A stretch of DNA of 64,000 bases from Octopus vulgaris (Eukaryota). Shown here in pieces: positions 51,720 through 64,000 of the stretch. Each line of letters begins with the position of its first letter. Positions within the stretch are counted from its first letter, which is position 1. Location: assembly GCA_951406725.2 (NCBI GenBank), contig OX597825.1:46624001-46688000 (forward strand). Reading direction: 5' to 3'. The translations under genes were made by a program, and so were the position numbers. The notes beneath the pieces were generated by a model that saw nothing but the letters and a program-made list of their open reading frames with translations, was not told the DNA's origin and made no database searches.

Positions 51720-53225
51720 GTAATGAGATAAAAAACCAAGGCTGTATAGACATTAGAACATTTATAGATAGGTCTTACACCTGTTTCTAGGATATTAATT
51801 AATTATATCCCTTCATCAGAGACGGTGTGAGAGGAAAAATTAAGTCATAGTTAGTTTCGATGTGATACAAATAGAGAGTGAGGTGGAGGAAAGAAAATAG
51901 ATGTAAGATATGTATCGTTATTGAATTTGTAAATCCGTTTTATAGGCATAATGGTATATATGTGTAATATTCCAATATCCTTTGAGTAAAATCCAAAAGT
52001 CCAACAGAGTTTAATATGAGTCCATCCAGATGTAGAGTTTATAAGCAATGTAAGATTCTCTTACATTGTTGGTCGTTCTCAGTAGGGAATTTATATAAAG
52101 TGTAGCATATTCAAGGTTTGTGTTTAAACTGACTTAGAAATAGGGAGTGTATGGTCAAATTGAAAACAGGAAGAGTGGAATGACAAAAGAAAAAAGAAAG
52201 GGAGAGAAAAAGGAGGAGAGAAAGAAAGAATTAAAGAGAAAGAAGATTAGTAAAAAATAAAAGAATGAAACCCCTGAAACCCCTGAAGGTATGAATAAAG
52301 GGAATAAGGAAAAGAAAAGAGAAATTAAGATATAAGTTGGTCAGTGGTCAATGGAGATAGTTTGAAAGTAGGAGTGGGGATAGAGAGAGAAAGGTATAAT
52401 AGTATAAATGATAGAGGAATGGTGGGGTTAAGAGGTAGAGGAAGTACTAAGTGTAGTAGTAGCTTTTAATTGTGAGGCATATATGAAGAATTAAGAATTA
52501 AGGAAATAGTAGTGTTAATTATTCCGAGAAAATATTTATGTGAAGATGTATATACATTTATTATCAGATAAGTTACAGAGATAAGTTACAAATACAATCC
52601 TCGTGTATCATCGTTCCCACATATGCAGTTATCTATATTTTGCATGTGTACAAATGTTTACATATACCCACACGCATGCATACATGCATACCCTCACTCA
52701 TACATATATACGCATGCATGGGTGTGTGCGCGTATATATGTAAACATATATAATCAGATGCTTGCATATGTGGAAACTAGATATGGGTTATAAGTTAGAG
52801 TGTAAATTTATTGGTTAATGGGATTACCTAAGAATTATTGCAGAAATGTACCATGTGGTCATTTTGGCATTTGGATTTGTGATAGAATTTAAATGTGTGA
52901 TAAAAGCGGTGGTTGCATTTGCTTAACGCCTTGTTATGTTTATTAAGCCATGTTGGAGAGTTGTGCTTTATTATTTGGAGTGCCTCCTTCAGGCAAAGCT
53001 TGCAGATTGAGCGTTGACCTAAGTCTATCATGGACCATGATAGAGTATAGGGTATATTTGCATTTTTGAGATGATGTATGTGGTTGGCGAGTGTTGTAGA
53101 TTTACTATGTTTATCATATCTAAAAGAGTGGAGATGAGTGGCATATCGTTGGTTAAAATTTTTTGTTGATCCTATGTATATGGCTGTAGAGTTGTGTAAT
53201 TGGTTAAGGACTGTGCATTTGTAGA
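51720..53225 (-). mobile_element. Penelope-like 3' fragment with terminal hammerhead (51772-51823)
   Basis: - strand IYKCTV...IYIGSTK...RYATHLHSF...CKLCLKEAL; GTCT-CTGATGA-..GGATAT/ATATCC..-GAAA-CAGGTG-TA-AGAC. Confidence 0.75.
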
Positions 53226-53419
53226 TTACATTGTATCTTCTACAATGGGTTTGTAGTGGGTAGGTTGTTCCAGGACGGCAATTACAATTAGGTGAATTTT
53301 GAGGATCATGTTCGATAACTGAAGAGGGAGTATCATCAGAAGAGAGGTTATAGAAGGCATAATTACTAACGTTATCATTACTACCACCGCCATTACTACT
53401 ATTGTTACTGTTACTTCTG

Positions 53420-53485
<66 letters not shown>

Positions 53486-53782
53486 AGAGTTTACGATAAA
53501 GACAAAAGACGAAGACAGGTGGTGTACAAAACAAACAGATGTATGAAGAACAGGAAGAGACACCTGTGACTATCGTCTCTGCATGTACCACCTTGAACTG
53601 AAAGCATCCAAATTAGTCTTGTGGAACCCATTTCATGGTGATGTAAGAAGAGGAAAATGTTGTCACACTTAGAGCGACAACTTGATAGCAGACACTGGCC
53701 TGGAATGTATCCGGACCTCAAAGCAGTGATATATTAATATATATATATATCATCATCATCATATATATATATGTATATATAT

Positions 53783-54285
53783 AGCTGGCCGCCAACACTT
53801 TTTTCCGCAAAATAGGGGTAGCTTATCCTGTTCAGGCTATATTATTAGCATTATCCTGCGTTTGAGAATTTAAGATCACTTCTTTACCTTTCTAAGACAT
53901 CTCAACGCTTCTAAAGCAAACTTCATTTGTTTGTTTATGTTCATCATAATTTGAATTTAATGTATGATAGCGTCTCATAAAGCGAGATTTCTATATATCT
54001 TAAATTTGCAGAACAATTTGTGGTGTGGGTGGTTTAGCTTAATGATTCAGAGCACCGCGACGCGTAATCACGGAGGTGTGAGTTTGAGTCTTATAGCCAG
54101 CCACCAACACTTTTTTCTGCAAAATAGGGTTAGCTCATCTTGTTCAGACTATATTATTAGCATTATCCTGTGTTCGAGAATTTAAAATCACTTCTTTACC
54201 TTTCTAAGACATCTCAACGCTTCTAAAGCAAACTTCATTTGTTTGTTCACGTTATTATTAGCATTATCCTGTGTTCGAGAATAAT
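53783..54285. repeat. Partial tandem repeat, period about 312 bp
   Basis: ccaacact...aaaataggg...cattatcctg...ctaagacatctcaacgcttctaaagcaaacttcatttgtttg near 53791 and again near 54103. Confidence 0.8.
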
Positions 54286-54288
54286 TTG

Positions 54289-54338
<50 letters not shown>

Positions 54339-54470
54339 AAGGTTAATCCAAATGGGAAAACAGAAAAAACAACAACACGTGGAACAATTACAGTATTATT
54401 ATTATTAGGCGCTCAGGAAAATGGAAGAAGTATGACGTTTCGAGCGGAGCTCTTCGTCGGAAACATAGGA

Positions 54471-55883
<1,413 letters not shown>

Positions 55884-56269
55884 TTTTAATCATGAGTGTG
55901 GGTGATTGGGCGAGGCTTCACAAGTGGAATAGCATAGAGTCTCTCTTTATCTACATCAAGCACTATTAAATATCTCATTCTGTGAATTATTTAATTGTGT
56001 ACTGCAAGGATCTCTCTGTATGTACACATGAACAGAACATGGCCAAAGAGTTACAATTTTATATTGACCCCCTACATAAATCGCTTATAACCTACAATTT
56101 TTGCTGTGATGGACAATGAATAGTATGGCAAAAGAAAAGAATACTTAAAATGATAAGTTTTTTTAATAATTCCCTTTTTAATGCTTTCAGAAACATTCAA
56201 TTTGGACCTGCTCAAAGCAAACAGTTCAATATCTCTTGATTGGTTGAAAAACATGTATTCAGTATTCTT

Positions 56270-56785
56270 GTTTACAGTCCTAATTTAGCACCTGATATTT
56301 CTACTCTGTTGGACAGCTTTTGTGCTTGATATATTTCATCAGATATGAGTGCTATATCATCTGCGAAGTCCAGGTCTGTGGTGGTTATTACTGGTACTTT
56401 CCATGATCTTTGCTGGCCTATGGTGAAACCAAGGTCTTTGTCACTATTGTCTATAGCCTGCTGTATTGCATAATCTAATGTTGCTGAAGACTTCAAGTAT
56501 TTATGTGGTTGGGTGAGCAGTTTGGAAGTAGACATGAACAACAGGAAGAGACAGCTGTGACTATCTGGTCTCTGCATGTACCACCTTGAACTGGAAGCAT
56601 CCAAATTAGTCTTGTGGAACCCATTTCATGGTAAGAAGAAGAAAATGTTGTCACACTTACAGCGGTAACTTGATAGCAGACGCTGGCCTGGAATGTATCC
56701 AGGACCTTGAGGTAGTGATGATGGACTGAGAAGTATAGCAGGTGGACTTTGTTGTTAAAGTGGATTGGAACCCAGCCATTATAAT
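56270..56785. mobile_element. Rearranged RTE fragments (RT core on -, 3' end on +)
   Basis: TDLDFADDIALISD on - strand; + strand 3' end with (TAA)n tail, also seen at 53540-53730. Confidence 0.65.
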
Positions 56786-57798
56786 AATAATACTTGTAAT
56801 GTTTATGATTTTGATGAAATTTTAAATGAAGGCATACTGGAGAGGGTTACTTGAATTATTTACAATATAGAGAAGTTCTCTAATTGTAGCTTTTGAGAAA
56901 GACAAGTCAGAGTTGCAGATGCTTTTTAACTAAGGGGATGGCTTTAAAAGATGAGCAGTTAAAGTATGAAAGGAAGTGTATATTTACTAGTGTCTGTGGG
57001 ATATTTATGTTAAAATCATTGTAATAAATCTAATTTTAGTTTAAATATGAAATAAAAAGCAAAGGAACAACACAAGGCATACCTACACAAAGTACACTCT
57101 CCACCCCTGACTTTGTTTATTCATAACTTTTAGGAAAATGCATTTTTTTTTAATGAAGTGTTTTACAAATATGTTTCAGATGATGTAGATTCAGAGTATA
57201 TTGAAATTTGTTATGAAAAGTTTGGGGTGAGGGGCAGTGAGAAAAGAGGTTTAGATAATGTACGAACAAGCTGCCAGACGAGATGGTGAAGATGCCGACG
57301 ACCACTTTGTTCAAAGCCTCCCTTGACCTCAAGTGGCCCGAACTCTTTACATGAACACCACCCTGTACTTAACTCCATGTCCCCCTACATGGCCTTGCTA
57401 TTTGCTTTTGAGCCAAATTAACTAACTAACTAACTATGTCAATTTTATTTCCTCATAGCTTTCAGAAGATTGGTATTCCTTACTGAAATTTTCAACAAAT
57501 ACTTTTCAGATGATGTACATCAAGATTGTATTGGAATTTAATGTAAAAAAAAAAATGGTGTGTGGATGCACACACATACTGACATACATCACATACATAT
57601 CTACAAATGAAACTTGAAATTCTGAAAAAAGTTGGTGGAGGGCACATGTATGTAGATATGCCCAATATATTTTTACTCAACGAAGCTAAATTTTTTATTT
57701 GGTCTGTATGTTAGATCTTAAATATTTAAATTTTAGAGGCAAACTATCAAGTAATGAGGGCTACTAGAAACAATATGACAGACACAACATATATTTTA

Positions 57799-58475
57799 AA
57801 TTTCTAAATATCTCAGAGAGATATAAGCAGTGGTGGTATGATAGAGCAGTTGTATACTGTTAACTTAACATGACAGTCCCATAAAGGGAATCACACCACC
57901 ACTATTTAGCCCTAGGAAGCATCAAACGCTTCCTGTCGGCCTTGACACATTTCCTGTATCCTTATGTTTACAAGGGGGAGACAAGCACCCCCATCCAGCT
58001 AAGCCTGCATCCAGAGACTAGTTTCTGAGTCTTGCTCGTCATCAGTCTGGAGTAGCATGGTTTGCTAACTGCAGATGCCTGTCTAGACCTTGTAAACATA
58101 TATAATTCCAGTGAAATAAATCCACTGATCACAAAAAATAGAAATGTAAAATTTCTAAATATCTCAGAGAAATATAAGCAGTGGTGGTACGATAGAGCAG
58201 TTGTATACTGTTAACTTAACATGACAGTCCCATAAAGGGAATCACACCACCACCACTATTTAGCCCTAGGAAGCATCAACGCTTCCTGTCGGCCTTGACA
58301 CATTTCCTGTGTCCTTATGTTTACAAGGGGGAGACAAGCACCCCCATCCAGCTAAGCCTGCATCCAGAGACATGTTTCTGAGTTTTGTTTGTCATCTACT
58401 TCCTAGGGCTAAATAGCAGTAGTATGATTCCCTTTATGGGACTGTCACGATAGGTTGACAGTATACAACTGCTCT
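57799..58475 (-). mobile_element. Retrozyme-like insertion: 1.7 tandem ~351-bp hammerhead monomers plus inverted segment
   Basis: 13-bp TSD aacatatatttta (57786-57798, 58476-58488); repeat starts at 57799 and 58150; inverted piece 58398-58475. Confidence 0.85.
58010..58051 (-). ncRNA. Type I hammerhead ribozyme
   Basis: - strand TCCAGA-CTGATGA-C-GAG CAAGA CTC-A-GAAA-CTAG-TC^TCTGGA; complete core, 6-bp stem I, palindromic stem III. Confidence 0.85.
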
Positions 58476-58545
58476 AACATATATTTTATATTAGAGAAAT
58501 GTTAGTCAGTTAAATAGGGTGAATAAAAATATATAATGCATTGAG

Positions 58546-58583
<38 letters not shown>

Positions 58584-59291
58584 GGTTAAAGTAGTGAGGA
58601 AAGGCAAACAATTAGACAAAACTTGATAAGGACATTTAATTTAATATAACTACATAACTAATGGTAAAAAAAAAAGTCTCTGACAGCTGTTTCTGGGATA
58701 TCCCAGCTATTGGAACATCGTTTCGAGCGAAAACTCTATAAGTTGGGAATACTGTCATCGGAGAGATATAAGTTAGATAATGGAAGGAATTTCATCATCA
58801 ATGGTAGTTGTTGTGGATTATTATGTTGAAGAGGGAGCAGAAATCCAATTAAATCCAGTTAAATCAGGTATTCCTTAGGTAAGTCCATGATCAGAAAGAA
58901 TTGTCAGATAGTATTCTGCAGTAAGGGAAATTTTAAAATTGGTCAAATACTGAGAGGAGGAATGGATAATAATAATAATAAGATGAGTGTGATATCATCA
59001 TCATCATCATCATCATCGTTTAGCGTCTGCTTTCCATGCTAGCATGGGTTAGACGGTTCAACTGGGGTCTGGGAAGCCAGAAGGCTGCACCAGGCCCAGT
59101 TTGATCTGGCAATGTTTCTATGGCTGGATGCCCTTCCTAACGTCAACCACTCCATGAGTGTAGTGGGTGCTTTTTACGTGCCAGACGAGTCTGGCAAACG
59201 GCCACGATCAGATGGTGCTTTTTATGTGCCACCGGCATGGGGGCCAGGCGAGGCTGGCAACGGCCACGAACGAATGGATTCTAATAAATTG

Positions 59292-59679
59292 TTTGAGCAA
59301 TATTTTGACAGCTTCTCTGTCTTTATTAAGTTCAAAATGTAAAATGAAGAAACACAGAAATTCAAAAATATGACTGAGTAAATCCTGCATTCCTACTTTG
59401 AAAGAGTGATATCATCAGTCTTCAATTTAGCAATTGACAAAATGGAAAAGAAAGAAAAAAGAACAGAAAGAAGCAAAAAGAATATTTAGTCGAACATATT
59501 CTTTTCTCTGTCCTTTTTTCTTTCATTCTTTCTTTTTCCTTTTACCAGTTGCAAAATTGAAGATTGATGATGTCATTCAAAGTGGGAATGCAGGGTTTTG
59601 TAGTTTTGAATTTCTGTGTTTCTTCAATTTACATTTTGAACTTAAAAATGACAGGTGAACTGTTGAAATATCGTTCAAA
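59292..59679. mobile_element. Foldback/MITE with ~150-bp imperfect inverted arms
   Basis: ttaagttcaaaatgtaaaatgaagaaacacagaaattcaaaa pairs with ttttgaatttctgtgtttcttcaatttacattttgaacttaa. Confidence 0.75.
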
Positions 59680-60004
59680 CCAATAAATAGTATACTACAA
59701 TCACATCATGCTCTTACTGTCTATTTTCCTGTGTGAAGAGTTATGTCAATCTTTATAAAGTATAATAATCCTTTCTGTTGTTGGCAAAAGGCCTGAAATT
59801 TTGGGGGAGGGAGTAAGTTGATCACATCGACTCCAGTACTTAACTGGTACTTAATTTATCGACCCTGAAAGGATGAAAGGCAAAGTTGATCTCGGTTGAA
59901 TTTGAACTCAAAACGAGGTGATGGGTGAAAAACCACTAAGCATTTTTGCCTGGTGTGCTAATGATTCTGTCAGCTCACCACTTTAATAATGATGATGATG
60001 ATGA

Positions 60005-60685
60005 TGGCTACAAGGGACAGGTCTGAAAGGGGAAACAGAAGGTTTTGTTATTGCAGCACAAGATCAGAGCTTACCTACCAGAAACTACAATGCAAACGTC
60101 TTTATAGATGGATCTGACCCTTCATACAGAATTTGTGGAAAATTCACAGAGACAATTGATCATGTTTCTGGCTACCCAGTCCTCACTGAAAAGGAGTACC
60201 TCAAGACATGACAGACTAGGGCAGTACATCCACTGGAATGATTGTAAATACTACAAAATTAATCCTATGATAAGTGGTATAGGCACCATCCAGAGGATGT
60301 AGTAAATGGCAAGGGTATCACCATCCTTTAGAACATCCTAATACAAACAGACAAAAAAATTAACTCCAATCGACCAGACATTGTGATCAAGGACTACAAC
60401 GGAGGAACTTGTCTGTTAATGATTTTGATTTTGATTTTGATTTTTCCAGTTTCAGCTTATGAGCTGTGGCCATGCTGGGGCACCGCCATTTAGATATGTT
60501 TGTTAATAGATATGTCTGTCCCACAGGATCAAAATGTCTCAAGAAAGGAATACAAAAAGCTTTCTCATTATAAAGATCTGCAAATTGAAATCACGAAAAT
60601 GTGGAAGCTTAGTACTACAATAATACCAGTAGTAATTGGTGCATTGGGAATGATAAAGAAGGGGTCAGAGAAGTATATTAAGCAA
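60005..60685 (+). mobile_element. R4/Dong-like non-LTR retrotransposon 3' fragment (restriction-like endonuclease), interrupted by a SINE piece
   Basis: GLKGETEGFVIAAQDQSLPTRNY, RHD, NRPDIVIKD, LIDMSVP...KKLSHYKDL...IPVVIGALG. Confidence 0.8.
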
Positions 60686-61825
60686 TGTAAGCATGACCAA
60701 ACAAGTCAAATGCTTACACAGAGCAGGTTTTACAGCCACATCATCCAAACCGACTGGGTGAAACCGGTCTTAGCTGCTAGTTTATATATATGACTCTTTA
60801 GGCTCATATTTCTACAGGCCTCAATAGCAATATCTTCATTAACACTATGGCTACTCACTTCGTAATTTTAATTCTAGCTTTAATTTTAAGTGTTACTTTA
60901 TTTTTTATTATTTTTTAACATTTTTATTTATTTTTATAATATGAAGTTTCAACCTTAGTTTTTAAACTGCAAATCTGAAATCTTTTGTTTGTTAGTGTGG
61001 CATCTATTTCTAGCTTAGACACATTTAGCATTAACACAACTTGGCTGTCCTAGGTCTCTCCTCTAGTAAAATTTGGCCAAACCACTTTATTACCTACACC
61101 TCCCACCTCATTAGTACCCAACCTTGTAGGTCTGGCATCTGCTTTATTCCTTCCCTTATCTGTTTGCTCCTCCTAATTTCTTTGAATAGGAATAACCCTC
61201 ACTCATTTTTGCACTTGCTCTCTCTAATTTTCCTGGACAGGAAACCCCCCCCCCCACTACACTGATTAGTATATATCGTGTACAAAGCTCTTATCTACCT
61301 ATCTTTCTCACATCTGAGTGTATTATTTATTCCTCCTCTCAGTATTTGTCCAATTTTAGAACTGCTAGTATTCATTTTCCCTCACTATGGAGTACTATCT
61401 AACCATACTTTTTCTTTCACCATGGAGTACTATCTAATTATTCTTTCTGATCATGGATTTACCAAAGGAATACCTTATCTACCATTCGTTATGTAGCTAA
61501 AATAAATTAAATGTCCTTGTTAAATATTGCCTAAATGTTTGCTTTTCCTCACTGCTTTAATCTATACCTACTGATTCAAAGGGAAGCCACTTCTAGTTGT
61601 TTTGATCAAGACAGTCACATACCACAACTTCAACTGCTGATCAAACAGGAATTTTAGTGACACGTCTATTTGAGCACTTAGAATGCATGCCTACTAGTTT
61701 GAGTCACCCTGATGAAAACTCCTCATATCTTTTATATGTGTACATATTGATTGATAATCATATCATGCATGGTACTATTTTGATAGTCGATGAATGACTT
61801 TTATTTGTATTTATATATTTTACAG

Positions 61826-61925
61826 GGTCATCGTTACTTTGCAAAATACTGAAGAATTTGCTATGGCATTTCATTGTAAGCCAACTGATTTCATGAACCC
61901 CAAAAGAAAAACAACTCTGTGGTGA
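61826..61925 (+). CDS. M13 gene terminal coding exon
   Basis: ttacag|G; (R)VIVTLQNTEEFAMAFHCKPTDFMNPKRKTTLW* vs neprilysin [33 protein letters not shown]. Confidence 0.93.
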
Positions 61926-63842
61926 AGGCGAATGATAGTGAACTCTCAAAACAGAAGCCTTTGGTGGGACTTTCAGAATAGCTGTACCATATAAGTTGGA
62001 TTTTCTCCATTGCAACTGGGATTTTTCAAATCTTTTGTGTGCACTATGCATTTTTGAAAAATGATGGGAAGAAACCTTTTCTAAAAAATAAAATTTTGAA
62101 ATCCATGATTTGTTAATGTTGCTTCCCCTCCCTCCTTGTGCCTTCATGACAGTCATCACCATTAAAAAATTTTTCCCCTCAAGTTATAGTAACTTATATA
62201 CCGAAAAATGATGGAGGAAGCTTTTTTTTAAAGAAAAATATTCGAAATTCATGATTTTTTTTATTGTCTGTTCCCTCATTTCAGAATAACTGTCCTGCAT
62301 AAGTTAATCATTAAACTTCTACTCACCTTGTCCTAAATCATACTTTAGGAACAGCATCTTGCATTTTCTTTTTTTAATTCTTAATTCCACTTCCCTCCTT
62401 CATCATTCCCTTCATAATTAAAAAATATCAAACACCTCAAAGTGATGTGTAAAACAAAATATTTCTAAAATGATAATTTCTGTCATTTAAAATATAGAAA
62501 GGAACATATTTTTAATTGAAGAAAAGTATAGGGGTGGGGATAAATGAGTAATTTCTGATTTCTTGTTATTTTTTCCTACCAATTTGAAACTGTTACATTG
62601 CAAGTATTACATCATCATTTTGCGCTGATTCATAACCTTTGGGAGTAAAATTTTGTCAGCATAGTTGTTGAGAGTTTGAAATATAGTCAGGTGGCATAAT
62701 CTTTTTCAAAATGTTTTCCTCAAATTTGACTTGATTGTAATTGAGGTTGTTATCTGGATATTTTTTGGTGCTTAATAATCAATACTTTTCCCTATTGGAT
62801 TTTGAGTCAATTTTCCCCACACTAATATACAATTTGATAATTTTCAATTTTCAAAAAATGATGTTTAAATTGGGGCAAAATAAATAATGATTAATTTCAA
62901 TAATTTCTTCTCTTTAACTGCATGGTGCATTAATAAATCAGGAAGAGAGCAACCCAAATCTATGAAGAATGTTTTATGCTGAGATTTAGATTTAGTCAAA
63001 TTTCATTAATTTTATATAATGTACCATTTTTTCATGACCTTCTTTCATTTGACCTAGATATTTAAAATCTTTTCACATTTCTGATCTTTCTGATGTGTAT
63101 GAGTCGTTTTTCAAATGTAATTCTGAAGAATTGAAGAAGCAAAATTTACCTTATCTTGTCTTACTCATTTTATCCTATCTAAATTTCTCTTTTATATGCT
63201 CAGAGAACAGAGATAATTTTCTGAAACAGTGCTCTGAATATGTTACTGTTTTTAATGCATTTAGAGGTCATTTGCTTAGCTGATATAGTTTTTGCAAGGT
63301 AGTGAACATTTGTAAGAATTTTTTTTGTTTTTTCTTAAATTCAAAAATGCAGTAAATATTACTCGCTGTGCCCTTCCACCAAGATGACCAAAAATATCTT
63401 TTCCCCTCTCTGTCATAGCAACAGTTTGTCACAGCACCTTGTCCAGAGTAAAATAATATAATTCTATTTGCTTTTGTTTTGTGTGGGAGAGGAAAAAATG
63501 GCATGTAAAATGAAATTTGACGGGAATGTAAGTAAGTGTTAATGTAGTCTTGTTGAGAAAAATGTTTTTACAATATGGCAAAAGTAAGAAAAATAAACAG
63601 ACAAAATATAACAAATATAAAAGTTTATTATGGAGAGGAGGGGTAAGAATTATTATTATTATTATTTTGTTTTAAATATAAATTACAAATGTTTCAGAAT
63701 GTGGAATAAAGCAAAATGATTTAAAAAAAAAGAAAAATATTCATTTCAGTGGTGCTTGCTATTTTTAAAGCATTTATGGGGAGAGGAGTGACACTGAAAA
63801 TATATGGAGCTGAAATTTTTTTTCCTCTAAAAATGCAGAGTA

Positions 63843-64000
63843 GAGGGGGTGCTGAAAAGTTCCTGGCTTTGAATAAAAGAAAATACAGGAGGATCAATTA
63901 ATCATGATTTTATTCAACATATTCCCCTCTCAGATTCACACACTTATTGCAGTTTTTCTAAGCCTTGTAAAAAACTCAGCAGGTTTTGGTCTCCAACCAG
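63843..64000. mobile_element. End of a mariner-type element running out of the window
   Basis: TA|gagggggtgctgaaaagttcctggc TIR-like sequence followed by ttttattcaacatattcccc as in the 5932 element. Confidence 0.55.

Overview
AT-rich, microsatellite- and transposon-dense eukaryotic DNA. The SINE and RTE repeat families look like those of octopus or another coleoid cephalopod (inference). The + strand carries the last seven coding exons (1857-61925) of an M13 neprilysin/ECE-family gene missed by the ORF track. Its frame and splice sites are intact, but HExxH reads HAYIH, the His711 equivalent is Asn and one disulfide pair is lost, so it looks like a conserved pseudopeptidase. The introns hold mariner/Tc1/Tigger relics, MITEs, SINEs, Penelope-like fragments with hammerhead ribozymes and a near-intact 3.3-kb RTE LINE. 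The most unusual object is at 20537-26551: a tandem ~352-bp hammerhead repeat (retrozyme-like, 12-bp TSD, 5' inversion). Three divergent ORF1/gag-only retroelements are stacked head-to-tail at its ribozyme stem I, each with a 15-16-bp TSD, and an empty target site lies a few hundred bases away. A second, unrelated and empty ~351-bp retrozyme-like insertion with the same architecture lies at 57799-58475.
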